A stretch of DNA of 64,000 bases, taken from contig JAIYBC010000024.1 of assembly GCA_027488845.1 (NCBI GenBank), positions 1,583 to 65,582 on the forward strand, written 5' to 3'. This stretch comes from Verrucomicrobiales bacterium (GTDB lineage: Bacteria > Verrucomicrobiota > Verrucomicrobiia > Limisphaerales > UBA9464). A program made the position numbers and the translations under genes. This document shows, one piece after another, positions 35,022 through 44,545 of this stretch (within the stretch, counting starts at the first letter, position 1; each line of letters begins with the position of its first letter). The notes under the pieces were generated by a model that saw only the letters and a program-made list of their open reading frames with translations, was not told the DNA's origin and did not search any database.

Positions 35022-36467
35022 ATGAAGAAAACGAAGTCCCAGAAATCCGACGTGGTCTCGCGTTCCGGCCGGTTCTCCGGAGGCCCGGCGGCCGACGTCG
35101 CCGCCTTCTCGGAGTCCATCTCATTCGACTGGAGGCTCTGGAGACAGGACATCCTCGGCTCCAAGGCCCACGCCACGATGCTCGAGACCATCGGCGTGCT
35201 GACACGCAAGGAGCGTGACGAGATCCACGCCGGACTGGATGCCCTCGGCGCTGAGATCGGGGCTGGGCACTTCCGCTGGAAGCCCGAGCTGGAGGACGTG
35301 CACATGAACATCGAGGCGGAGCTGACCCGACGAGTGCCGGCCGCGGCGAAGCTCCACACGGCCCGCTCCCGGAACGACCAGGTCGCCCTCGACGTCCGGC
35401 TGTGGCTGCGGGACGAGCTGTTCGAACTGCAGGACGAACTCCGATCGCTGCAACGTGCCCTGGTCGCGCTCGGCGCTCGGCATCCCAAGGCGGTCATCCC
35501 CGGCTACACCCACCTCCAGCGGGCCCAACCGGTCTTCTTCGCACACCACTGCCTCGCCTACGTGGAGATGTTCGACCGGGACCACGGCCGCCTCGGCGAC
35601 GCCCTTGAGCGGCTCAACGTCTGTCCGCTCGGCAGCGGCGCCATCGCCGGCAGCACCCTGCCCCTCGACCGTGAACTGGTGGCGAAGCTCCTCGGGTTCA
35701 TCGACGAACAGGGCCGGGCCCGCATCACCCGGAATTCCATGGACGGCGTGTCCGACCGCGACTTCGTCATCGAGTCCGCGGCAGCCGCCTCGCTGATCGC
35801 CGTCCACCTCAGCCGCCTCGCCGAGGACGTCATCCTCTGGGCCACCTCGGAGTTCAACTTCATCCGCATCGCAGACGCCTACACAACGGGCTCCTCGCTG
35901 ATGCCGCAGAAGAAGAACCCGGACATCGCGGAGCTGACCCGTGGGAAGTCCGGCCGCGTGATCGGCAACCTCGTGTCGCTGCTTGTGCTCCTGAAGGGGC
36001 TTCCGATGACCTACAACCGGGACATGCAGGAGGACAAGGAGCGCCTGTTCGACTCCATGGACACCGTGCGGTCGAGCGTCCGGCTGATGGCCGCGATGCT
36101 GGACCACACCTCGGTGAAGGAGGATGTGTGCCGGGCGGCCGCCGGGGATCCCCAACTGCTCGCCACGGACCTCGCGGACTACCTGGTACTGAAGGGCCTG
36201 CCGTTCCGGAAGGCCCATCATGCCGTGGGTGCCGTGGTGGGGTTCGCCGAGAAGGCAGGGCGTCCCCTCGACCGAATCACTCTCGCCGAGCTTCAGTCCA
36301 TCGAGCCCCTCTTCGGCCGGGATGTCCTAGGCCTGTTCGACCTCGATCGGGCCATGGCACGTCGTGAACTCCCCGGGGCGCCGGGTCCCAAGTCGGTCGC
36401 CTCGGAGCTTCGCCGCTGGTCCAGGTCGCTGTCGACGGAGGACCAGGACCCCACCGGTCCAAATTGA
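35022..36467 (+). CDS. argH: argininosuccinate lyase
   Basis: Signature GSSLMPQKKNPD with full-length ArgH-like sequence (481 aa). Confidence 0.95.
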   Translation: MKKTKSQKSDVVSRSGRFSGGPAADVAAFSESISFDWRLWRQDILGSKAHATMLETIGVLTRKERDEIHAGLDALGAEIGAGHFRWKPELEDVHMNIEAELTRRVPAAAKLHTARSRNDQVALDVRLWLRDELFELQDELRSLQRALVALGARHPKAVIPGYTHLQRAQPVFFAHHCLAYVEMFDRDHGRLGDALERLNVCPLGSGAIAGSTLPLDRELVAKLLGFIDEQGRARITRNSMDGVSDRDFVIESAAAASLIAVHLSRLAEDVILWATSEFNFIRIADAYTTGSSLMPQKKNPDIAELTRGKSGRVIGNLVSLLVLLKGLPMTYNRDMQEDKERLFDSMDTVRSSVRLMAAMLDHTSVKEDVCRAAAGDPQLLATDLADYLVLKGLPFRKAHHAVGAVVGFAEKAGRPLDRITLAELQSIEPLFGRDVLGLFDLDRAMARRELPGAPGPKSVASELRRWSRSLSTEDQDPTGPN

Positions 36468-36498
36468 CGGCAAAAACGCCCAACCCCAGCCTCCCGTC

Positions 36499-37320
36499 GT
36501 GCTCCGCCTTGTCTGGAAGTCCCGCCCTGTCGCCGTCGTCGCCGTCCTTGCCGTCGGCCTGCTGACCGGGTGCGACGAGCGTCCCTGGGTGACCGGCAAG
36601 GCCGACCCCAAGGAGGAGGCGAACTTCCGGCAGGCGGAAGCCTACCTCCGCCTCGGCCAGTACCCCAAGGCGGTCGAGTACTTCCAGCGGGCGCTCGACG
36701 TGAACCCGCGCAATGCGGACGCGCACCTGGGGCTGGGCCTGATCCATTCCGACCCGACGAAGATCCCCGAGTACGGCTTCGCCTACTACCATCTCAACCG
36801 CTACGTGGAGATGGCCCGGGCGACGAACGATCCGATCGTGGTGCCCCTGATCCAGGCCTCGGGCCTGAAGTTGGCGGAGCGCTACGCCAACGCGATCGGC
36901 AAGATCCAGACCCAAGGCGAACTCGAGCAGCTCAAGCGTGACCGCTGGGAGTTGCTGACGACGGTCACCAACCTCACCGAGCGCCTCAACCTCGCGAACC
37001 TGCGCCTTGGCCTGCCGCCGGTGACCAACCGGTTCGTCGCACCCCGGGCCTACCCGGCTCCGACGGCGCCGGTCCTCCCGACGAATGCGCCTGCGCCCCA
37101 ACGCCGCGTCGCGATGACCAACCAGTTCCAGCCCCAGCAGGCCCCGACCTCCTCCGGGCCGGCGAAGGCCCCCGCGTCCAAGACCTACAGGGTCCAGCCG
37201 AGGGAAACCCTGGCCGCCATCGCCCGGAAGAACGGCGTCACCGTGGCGCAGTTGCAGGCCGCCAATCCGGGCGTGGATTCCCGGAAGCTCAAGGTCGGCC
37301 AGGAACTCCGCATCCCCTGA
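36499..37320 (+). CDS. lipoprotein with a TPR region, coiled coil and C-terminal LysM domain
   Basis: Lipobox LLTGC after a hydrophobic segment. TPR region QAEAYLRLGQYPKAVEYFQRALDVNPRNADAH. LysM domain YRVQPRETLAAIARKNGVTVAQLQAANPGVDSRKLKVGQELRIP. Start is GTG 36499, after the argH stop. Confidence 0.8.
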   Translation: MLRLVWKSRPVAVVAVLAVGLLTGCDERPWVTGKADPKEEANFRQAEAYLRLGQYPKAVEYFQRALDVNPRNADAHLGLGLIHSDPTKIPEYGFAYYHLNRYVEMARATNDPIVVPLIQASGLKLAERYANAIGKIQTQGELEQLKRDRWELLTTVTNLTERLNLANLRLGLPPVTNRFVAPRAYPAPTAPVLPTNAPAPQRRVAMTNQFQPQQAPTSSGPAKAPASKTYRVQPRETLAAIARKNGVTVAQLQAANPGVDSRKLKVGQELRIP

Positions 37321-37409
37321 ACGAGACACCGCCATCCTCCGGTGCGGAGTCGCCCCTTCGGAAGAGTCGGGGCTCGCGGTGGCTTCTCGTCGGCTCCGCG
37401 GCCTTCTGG

Positions 37410-38171
37410 GTGGTGATGAACGCGCTGCTCTGGGAGGAGGAATACGGTGCGCGCCGTTCCTCGGTTTCGATTCCGCTCTCCGCCGTCTGGGAGAAGGTGC
37501 TCACCTCCGCCGACCGCAGCGTCCTGAACATCCGGCGCGACGGCCGCACGATCGGCACGCTGGAATGGACGCCCTCGGTGGTCGAGCCGGTGAGGACCAA
37601 CGATTCGGTCGAGATCGAGGGACTGGTCGACCAGTCCGAGGGCTACCACATCCAGGCCGTGCTCCGGTTCTTCGGCACGGATCCCGCGCTGGGCCGGCTG
37701 CTGATCCAGGGCGGGGCCGATTTCGCCGGCGACCGGAGCTGGCGTGGACTCGAGTTGAGGGTCGACCAGCGGCCCAGGGTCTGGACGCTCCGCGCCACTT
37801 CGGGAACCGGCGAGGTGGTCCTCGACATGGAGGAAGGCCGGCGCCATGTGGAGCAACGTTTCCAGACCCGGGATCTTTCCTCGGTGGGCGCCCTGCTCGG
37901 TCCGATGGCCGCGTTCCTCCCGGCCCCGGGAACGGCCGGCTCATCGGGTTCCGGCGGGATTCCCGCCGAATGGCTCGACCGCAACCTGCAATGGACCGCG
38001 GCGCAGGACTGGATGAAGGTCGGGCGCAGCCGCGTGCGGATCTACAAGGTCACGGGTCGCCTCGGGGGGGCCCTCGAAGCGGTGGCCTACGTCAGCCGTG
38101 CCGGCGAGATCCTCAAGGTCCAGCTTCCCGACAACCTCCAACTGGTGAGCGACGCCCTCGCGGGACTGTGA
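37410..38171 (+). CDS. hypothetical protein (253 aa), start uncertain
   Basis: Long ORF in coding-like composition, 10 nt upstream of the ABC ATPase gene. No family recognised. The first canonical start codons (GTG 37410/37413, ATG 37416) fall inside a hydrophobic stretch encoded by the open frame upstream. Confidence 0.55.
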   Translation: MVMNALLWEEEYGARRSSVSIPLSAVWEKVLTSADRSVLNIRRDGRTIGTLEWTPSVVEPVRTNDSVEIEGLVDQSEGYHIQAVLRFFGTDPALGRLLIQGGADFAGDRSWRGLELRVDQRPRVWTLRATSGTGEVVLDMEEGRRHVEQRFQTRDLSSVGALLGPMAAFLPAPGTAGSSGSGGIPAEWLDRNLQWTAAQDWMKVGRSRVRIYKVTGRLGGALEAVAYVSRAGEILKVQLPDNLQLVSDALAGL

Positions 38172-38181
38172 TCCCGGCGCC

Positions 38182-38949
38182 ATGATCGAACTCGAGAACC
38201 TGGTGAAGCACTTCGGGGAGGTCCGCGCTGTGGACGGCATCACGCTGACCGTTCCGCGGGGCGAGTTCTTCGCCGTGCTGGGTCCGAACGCCGCGGGAAA
38301 GACCACGACCATCAAGATGATCGTGGGCCTGATCAAGCCGACCGCCGGAAGGGCCCGTGTGGCCGGCTTCGACATCCAGACGCAACCCCTCGAGGCGCGT
38401 GCCCGTCTGAGCTACGTCCCGGATTTCCCGTTCCTTTACGAGAAACTCACCCCGGCGGAGTTCCTCCGCTTCACGGGTCGGCTGTTCCGGATGGACGACG
38501 CCGCAATCCGCAGCGCCTCCGAGGAGCTGATCCCACGCTTCCACCTCGAATCCTGGCTGAACAAGCCGATCGAAGGCCTAAGCCACGGCACCCGCCAGCG
38601 CGTCGCCATCGCCTCCGCCCTGCTCCACGCGCCGGAGGTTTTCGTGATCGACGAACCCATGGTCGGACTCGACCCGCAACACGCGCGGGTGGTGAAGGAC
38701 ATCCTGAAGGAACGCAGCCGCCAGGGGATGACCGTCTTCCTCTCGACCCACCAGGTGAGCGTGGCCGAGGAGATGGCCGACCGCATCGGCATCTTCCATC
38801 GCGGGAAGATCGTCGCCGCGGGGACCGCCGCGGAACTGCGCGAACGGGCGGGCACCGACGGCGCCTTGGAATCGGCGTTCCTCGCCATCACCCGGGAGGT
38901 CGCCTCCCCGGAATCCGGCGATCCCGGCGCCAAGACCTCGTCTTCCTAG
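38182..38949 (+). CDS. ABC transporter ATP-binding protein (ABC-2/DrrA-like)
   Basis: Walker A GPNAAGKTT, signature LSHGTRQR, Walker B VFVIDEP. No permease gene follows on this strand. Confidence 0.92.
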   Translation: MIELENLVKHFGEVRAVDGITLTVPRGEFFAVLGPNAAGKTTTIKMIVGLIKPTAGRARVAGFDIQTQPLEARARLSYVPDFPFLYEKLTPAEFLRFTGRLFRMDDAAIRSASEELIPRFHLESWLNKPIEGLSHGTRQRVAIASALLHAPEVFVIDEPMVGLDPQHARVVKDILKERSRQGMTVFLSTHQVSVAEEMADRIGIFHRGKIVAAGTAAELRERAGTDGALESAFLAITREVASPESGDPGAKTSSS

Positions 38950-38999
38950 GACCGCCGCCGGAAGCCGGCATCGGGGGAAGTCACGGCACCTTCCGCGGT

Positions 39000-39923
39000 T
39001 CAATCCCTCCGTGCGGCCTTCAGCTTCTCCAAACGCTCACGGACGAGCTTCCCTGCACCGGCGGCAAGGGCGTCCGCGTACCAACGCTTGGCTTCCTCCG
39101 GATGCCCGAGCAGTTCCTCGGCAAGGCCGACTTCGGCGAGGAGGGAGGCTTCCCGGATCCCGGGGCCCAGGCGCGCCCGGATCTCGGTGGCGGCCGCCTC
39201 CAGGTCCTTGCGGGCTTCGTCGGCGCGGGACATCCCGAGCAGCGCACGACCCCGGCGGAGCAGCCAGGAACCCCTCAACCTCGACGAAGCCAACTCCGAC
39301 TCGATCCGAGGAAGCGCCTCGGTCCAGCGTCCGGCGTCGAGCAGGGCGTCGATCCGCTCCACCTCGAGCATCCCGGAGCCGGTGGCGGCGACGGCCTCGT
39401 CGAGGCGCTTGAGCCGCTCATCATGGCGCCCCATCTCCCGCAGCAGCTGGCTGCGGCTGTGATGCCAGTCCACGTTCTCCGGCTGCAGCCGCAGGGCCTC
39501 GGTCCAGTTCCCGAGCGCGGGCTCCTGCTTGCCCTTGTCGGCCAGCAGGCCCGCCTTGAGGGCCAGCAGCGCGGCCCGCTCGTCGGGTTCGATCGACTTG
39601 AGACCCAGTCCGAGCTCCACGGTGGCCAAGGCCTCGTTCGTCTGCCCTTGGCCCTCCTGCACCCGGGCCAGCTCACGTCGGAGGCCGGGACGGTCCGAAT
39701 CCAGGCGGGCGGCGCGCTGGAGATCGTTGGCCGCCTCCTTCAGACGCCCCAGGACCCGGTACTCGATCGCCCGCTGCAGAAGGCGTTCCGCGGACTCCCC
39801 AAAGCGGGCGATCTCGACGGTGATCTCCTCGATCTCGGCTTCCGGGCCTTCGTGCGCGAGCGCCATTCCGGAAAGGCCGGTGGCCAGCAGGAGCACCCCG
39901 AACCGGTGGAACCAAGGGCGCAT
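39000..39923 (-). CDS. exported tetratricopeptide-repeat protein
   Basis: Signal peptide MRPWFHRFGVLLLATGLSGMALA, followed by multiple TPR-like units. ATG 39921-39923 lies 1 nt after the stop of the upstream metallophosphoesterase gene. Confidence 0.8.
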   Translation of the reverse strand: MRPWFHRFGVLLLATGLSGMALAHEGPEAEIEEITVEIARFGESAERLLQRAIEYRVLGRLKEAANDLQRAARLDSDRPGLRRELARVQEGQGQTNEALATVELGLGLKSIEPDERAALLALKAGLLADKGKQEPALGNWTEALRLQPENVDWHHSRSQLLREMGRHDERLKRLDEAVAATGSGMLEVERIDALLDAGRWTEALPRIESELASSRLRGSWLLRRGRALLGMSRADEARKDLEAAATEIRARLGPGIREASLLAEVGLAEELLGHPEEAKRWYADALAAGAGKLVRERLEKLKAARRD

Positions 39924-39924
39924 G

Positions 39925-41922
39925 CTAGTCCTCCGCCACCAGTTCCGGGTCGAGCCGGAGATCCTGCGACTCACCACCCGCGGCATGGCATTCGATGGCC
40001 AGGACGTTGACGCCGTCCTTGACCGCCGAACCGACGTTCCTCAGGTCCACGTAGACGCGTCCCGAATCCTCCCGGGCCGACACGCCCTGCGCGTTCCGGC
40101 CGAAGCTCCGCCCGACTCCCACCCGGGCGACCTCGTGTCCGTTGATGAACGCGACAAAGCCGTCGGAGTAGTCGATCCAGAGTCCCATCTCGGTGATGCG
40201 GTCCGCCTGTTCGACGGTGAATTCCCGACGGATCTGCAAGGCACGCGGAGCGGCGGGACCTGCGGAAAGCGGAGTCGCGAACCTTCCTTCACCTCGACCG
40301 AACGGCGCCTTGCCGGACTTCCAGGCCGCTCCATCGAATCCGGGGCGGGTCCAATCCAGTCCACCTGGAAGCGGCCCCGCACGGAAGCGCCATTCCGCAC
40401 CTGCGGCCACGAGCACCCGGGTGTCGAGGGGAGCCTCGTTGGGAACCTTGGGCGACGTGGCCGGCTTCTTGTACTCCGCAGGTTGCCAAGGGAGGGAAAG
40501 CCGTTGGACGGGAACCTTTCCGGACTTCACCAAGGCGAACGTGTCCCGCTCGGTGCCGTTGAGGTTGATCATCCGTCCACGGAGCGTGTCACCGTCCACC
40601 TCGACCAGCACCGACCCGTGCTCGACGATCGTGCGCCGCATGATCGGACTGGTCCCGTTTCGGCCGAGCTTCGCGCCGGCGTTGCCGGTCACCACGTGGA
40701 CCACACCGGCATGGGCGGTGAGACCCGCGCTCTTACGATAGGCGCCGTCGCCGGCCGGATCGCCGTCACCGTCGTCGAGCACGAACGTCTCCGCGGTCGT
40801 GGCGTTGGTGGAATAGGCGCCGTCGATCAGCATCGACCGCTCATAGACGTGGGAATGTCCGGTCAGGACCAGGTCCACGCCACCCGCCTCGAGGATCGGC
40901 AGGATGTGATGCCGCATCTCGATCAGGTCCTTCTCCTTGTCGCTGTCGTGGCTCCCCTTGGTGTAGGGCGGGTGGTGCCAGAATGCGACCAGCCAGTCGG
41001 ACTTGGCCTTCTCGAGGTCCGCCTTGAGCCACCGCGCCATGGCGCCGTCCGGCTTGCGGTCGAGGTCGTGGGAATCGAGGCAGATGAAGTGGATGTTCCC
41101 GTGGACGAACGAGTAGTAGGCCTCGGTGCCGGAGGCCAAGCCGCCGGACTCCGCACGGGTCGGGACGACATACGCGTCATAGTAGGGGCCCACGCCGGTG
41201 GTCCCCTTCGAGGTGTGTCCTTCGTGGTTGCCCATCGAGGGCCAGCACACGGTGTTGCGCAGCAGGGGCGCGTAGCTCTCGAAGTAGCGGGTCTGGAACT
41301 CCACGTCCCGGCCGGTCCCATAGGCCATGTCGCCGACATGGATCCAGAAGTCGAGCGGACGCCCGTCGGCCTGGACCGACTCCCGCATCCGGTCGAACAC
41401 GGCCTTCTGCGCGGACCTGCCCGTGCCGCCGTCGCCGATCACCCAGAAGCGGTAAGGACGCCGCGTGCCGGGTTCGGGCTGGGTGCGGAAGCGGTGCTCG
41501 GAATCGGCCGGGGTCAGTCGGCGTGTGCCGTCGTAGACCGCGTAGTGGTAGGTGGTGTCCGCCTTGAGGCCCTTGATGCGGGCCTCGTACTGGAAGGTTC
41601 CGATCGGCGCGCTGTGGAGCTTGGGCAACCCGAGGTTCCGCGAGGTGCGGAGAGGCTTCCACCGCTCGGGGATCTCCTGCTTGTCGGTCCCGAGCGACGC
41701 ACGGACGGTGATGTCGGAAGCCGGGACCTCGCCGTCCAGATTTGAAGGATCGGTGCCGAATCGGACCACCGGTTCGACCGGCCCCTCGGTGCGCCAGACG
41801 ACATGCATCCGGGTCGGCGACGCGGACTGCACGTAGGGCGACCGGGAGAAGGGCGGCTCGGGGTTCGCCGCGAGGCCGGCGAGGGCGAGGGCGAACAGGA
41901 AAGGAAGGGTTCGAAGGGACAT
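39925..41922 (-). CDS. exported metallophosphoesterase (purple-acid-phosphatase-like) with an extra C-terminal beta-rich domain
   Basis: Signal peptide MSLRTLPFLFALALAGLAA. Motifs VIGDGG, HVGDMAYG, MGNHEG, FWHHPPY, GHSHVYER. About 230 aa of extra C-terminal domain (AEWRFRAGP..GLDWTRPGFDGAAWKSGKAPFG...). Confidence 0.85.
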   Translation of the reverse strand: MSLRTLPFLFALALAGLAANPEPPFSRSPYVQSASPTRMHVVWRTEGPVEPVVRFGTDPSNLDGEVPASDITVRASLGTDKQEIPERWKPLRTSRNLGLPKLHSAPIGTFQYEARIKGLKADTTYHYAVYDGTRRLTPADSEHRFRTQPEPGTRRPYRFWVIGDGGTGRSAQKAVFDRMRESVQADGRPLDFWIHVGDMAYGTGRDVEFQTRYFESYAPLLRNTVCWPSMGNHEGHTSKGTTGVGPYYDAYVVPTRAESGGLASGTEAYYSFVHGNIHFICLDSHDLDRKPDGAMARWLKADLEKAKSDWLVAFWHHPPYTKGSHDSDKEKDLIEMRHHILPILEAGGVDLVLTGHSHVYERSMLIDGAYSTNATTAETFVLDDGDGDPAGDGAYRKSAGLTAHAGVVHVVTGNAGAKLGRNGTSPIMRRTIVEHGSVLVEVDGDTLRGRMINLNGTERDTFALVKSGKVPVQRLSLPWQPAEYKKPATSPKVPNEAPLDTRVLVAAGAEWRFRAGPLPGGLDWTRPGFDGAAWKSGKAPFGRGEGRFATPLSAGPAAPRALQIRREFTVEQADRITEMGLWIDYSDGFVAFINGHEVARVGVGRSFGRNAQGVSAREDSGRVYVDLRNVGSAVKDGVNVLAIECHAAGGESQDLRLDPELVAED

Positions 41923-41977
41923 CGGCTTCAAGGGATCGGGTGGGTTCCTCGCTGACGGACGCGGCATCGTTTCCGGA

Positions 41978-42748
41978 TCAGCGCCGGGTGGAAAGCCGTT
42001 CCCGCAGGAGTCGGAGTCGGTTCTCCCAGGAAATCCACGCGGCATCCCAGTCGGTTCCGACGAGACGCGTCCTGGCGGCGGGAAGCAGTTCGTCGAGCGC
42101 GGACAGCTGTTGGCGGGCGGCTTCACGGTCCCCCCAACGGACCAGCTGCTCCGCGAAGTGGAGCCGGTTCTCCGGATGGATCGGATCGAGTTCCACGGCG
42201 CGGGCCAGGTGACGGCGCGCCTTCTCACGGGAACCGATGCTGAGCGGCGGGCGCGGGCATTCCGCGAAGAGGATGCCCAGCGAACGATCCGGCCCGGCGT
42301 GATCCAAGGTCTCGTCCAGCGTCCTCGCGGTCGACCAGGCGACCTCCATCTGGCGGACCAGCTTCAGGGCGCCGAGGGTGCGGGTCTGAGCCAGTTGGCC
42401 GAGGTTCATCCCGAGGTAGTAGTGGAGGGCGGCGTTGGCCGGCGAGCGCTCCAGGGCGGAACGGCAGGCCGCGATCCCCTCCTCCGCCACCGAGGCCTTG
42501 GCAGGCCCTTCCGGCAAGGCTTCGGCACGGTCGAAGCAGGTCCGCGCAAACTCGACCACGACGGCCACGTCCTGCCGCTGCTCGCGGAACACCTTTCCGG
42601 CGGACTCATAGGCCGCCGTCCGGCGACGCACCTCGGCAGGCGTGAACGAGGCCTCCGCGGCCGCGAGATCGACGCCGCAGACAGCGGCCCAGAACAGGAA
42701 TCCGGCGCCAACGGCCGACAGCTTTCCAACGGAACGACGAGCGGGCAT
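41978..42748 (-). CDS. exported TPR-like protein (TatT-like helical repeat)
   Basis: Hydrophobic N-terminus GKLSAVGAGFLFWAAVCG, then helical repeats: ALHYYLGMNLGQLA, GPDRSLGILFAE, ARRHLARAVELDPIHPENRLHFAEQL. Start is ATG 42748 or 42805. Confidence 0.7.
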   Translation of the reverse strand: MPARRSVGKLSAVGAGFLFWAAVCGVDLAAAEASFTPAEVRRRTAAYESAGKVFREQRQDVAVVVEFARTCFDRAEALPEGPAKASVAEEGIAACRSALERSPANAALHYYLGMNLGQLAQTRTLGALKLVRQMEVAWSTARTLDETLDHAGPDRSLGILFAECPRPPLSIGSREKARRHLARAVELDPIHPENRLHFAEQLVRWGDREAARQQLSALDELLPAARTRLVGTDWDAAWISWENRLRLLRERLSTRR

Positions 42749-42849
42749 GGGCGATTCTCGGCCAGCCGCGTCCTCCGGATCAAGCGACGTTCCGGCGACA
42801 GCCATTTTCCCGGACTTGGCTCGGTGCCGGTTCCGTCACAGTCTTTCCC

Positions 42850-44505
42850 ATGCGCCCAAACCGCCTGCTTCCGTGCCTGGCCGCGATGTTGATCCCGATG
42901 ACAGCTCCCGCACTCCGCGCGGATTCCGCCATCCAGGCCGGTGAGCTTCTCCAGCACACCCGCGTCCTGGCTTCCGACGAATTCGAGGGTCGAGCGCCCG
43001 GCACTCCCGGAGAGGAGAAGACGGTCCAATACCTCTCCGGACAGTTCCAGGCCCTGGGTTTGAAGCCCGCCGGTCCCGGAGGTTCCTGGACCCAGGACGT
43101 GCCGATCGTCGGCATCCGGAGCGAGGTGGATTTCCGCTTGGACGGCCAGGCGCTGGGACGTCCGCAGGACTTCGTCGCCTGGTCCCCGGAAACCGGTCCG
43201 GTGGTCGAGGTGCCCGAGACCGACATGGTCTTCGTCGGATACGGCGTGCACGCCCCGGAATACGGTTGGGACGACTTCAAGGGGGTGGATGTGAAGGGGA
43301 AGACGGTGGTGATCCTGGTCGGGGATCCGCCGGTCCCCGCGCCGGGCAGTGGGGGCGGCTTGGATCCGGCGATGTTCAAGGGCGAGGCGATGACCTACTA
43401 CGGCCGCTGGACCTACAAGTTCGAGGAGGCCGGACGTCGCGGCGCGGCCGCCGCGTTGATCATCCATGAGACCAAGCCGGCCGCCTACCCGTGGTTCGTG
43501 GTGGTCAACAGCTGGGGACGGGAACGGTTCGACCTCGCCGACGACACGTCGCCGCGCACCCGCATCGCCGGTTGGATCAGCCTCGAACGGGCACAGGGAC
43601 TCCTCGCCGCCAACGGCACCTCCTACGAGGCGATGAAGTCGGCGGCGGTCCGCAAGTCGTTCCGGCCGATGCCCCTGAAGCAGAAGGCCGCCTACACCTC
43701 GCGCCAGGACCGGCGCACCGTGAAATCCCGGAACGTCCTCGGCCTGCTCGAAGGGCGGGACGCGGCGAAGCGGGACGAATGGGTGGTGTACAGTTCCCAT
43801 TGGGATCACCTCGGACGGGACACCAAGCTCCCCGGGGACGGCATCTACAACGGCGCCGCCGACAACGCCATCGGCGTGGCCGGCCTGCTGGAGTTGGCCG
43901 AGCGATTCGCCCGCGACGGGAAACGTCCCCGCCGAAGCCTCCTGTTCCTCAGCGTGACCGCCGAGGAACAGGGACTGCTGGGGTCCGCCTACTACGCGGC
44001 CAACCCGGTGCATCCGCTCCGGAGGACTCTGGCCAACATCAACATGGACGGCCTGAACCAGTGGGGCCGCACGCGGGATGTGCGGGTGGTGGGTTTCGGG
44101 AGTTCGTCTCTGGAAGACGTCCTGAAGCGGGAAGCCCGCCGGCAGGGACGGGTCACCTTGCCCGAAACCCATCCCGAGCGTGGCACCTTCTACCGCTCCG
44201 ACCATTTCGAGTTCATGAAGCGCGGGGTTCCCGGACTCTACGCCAAGTCGGGCATCGACTACCGCGACAAGCCAACCGGGTACGGGGAAGGCAAGGTCAA
44301 CGAGTACATCGACCGCGACTACCACAAGGTCTCCGACGAGGTGAAACCCGACTGGGACCTCAGCGGCGCGGTGGAGGACCTCGAACTGCTGCACGCGGTG
44401 GGTTGGCGGATCGCCGAGGACCGCCGGTGGCCGGAATGGCGCAAGGGCGCGGAGTTCCGGGCGGCCCGGATCCAAAGCCTTCGCCCGCCCACTGGAAGCC
44501 CCTAA
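42850..44505 (+). CDS. M28 family metallopeptidase with a PA domain, exported
   Basis: Signal peptide present. Motifs SHWDHLG, GAADNAIGVA, TAEEQGLLGS and DYHKVSDE are M28 zinc-ligand contexts. Confidence 0.88.
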   Translation: MRPNRLLPCLAAMLIPMTAPALRADSAIQAGELLQHTRVLASDEFEGRAPGTPGEEKTVQYLSGQFQALGLKPAGPGGSWTQDVPIVGIRSEVDFRLDGQALGRPQDFVAWSPETGPVVEVPETDMVFVGYGVHAPEYGWDDFKGVDVKGKTVVILVGDPPVPAPGSGGGLDPAMFKGEAMTYYGRWTYKFEEAGRRGAAAALIIHETKPAAYPWFVVVNSWGRERFDLADDTSPRTRIAGWISLERAQGLLAANGTSYEAMKSAAVRKSFRPMPLKQKAAYTSRQDRRTVKSRNVLGLLEGRDAAKRDEWVVYSSHWDHLGRDTKLPGDGIYNGAADNAIGVAGLLELAERFARDGKRPRRSLLFLSVTAEEQGLLGSAYYAANPVHPLRRTLANINMDGLNQWGRTRDVRVVGFGSSSLEDVLKREARRQGRVTLPETHPERGTFYRSDHFEFMKRGVPGLYAKSGIDYRDKPTGYGEGKVNEYIDRDYHKVSDEVKPDWDLSGAVEDLELLHAVGWRIAEDRRWPEWRKGAEFRAARIQSLRPPTGSP

Positions 44506-44545
44506 GGCCTTGACTTAGGTGGCTTCCTGGGACCTCTTTCCTGCG

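Noticed and set aside
35021-35024. Shared palindromic CATG giving back-to-back ATG starts for argH and a long form of the FAD oxidoreductase
   Set aside because: The long form would add about 40 residues before the twin-arginine motif, which is atypical for Tat signals. GTG 34897, directly before RRRFLF, is the more plausible start, leaving a normal 124-nt divergent promoter region.
42406-44475. 689-aa ORF on the minus strand
   Set aside because: It is antisense to the M28 peptidase gene, which has clear zinc-ligand motifs. No motifs are present in the antisense product.
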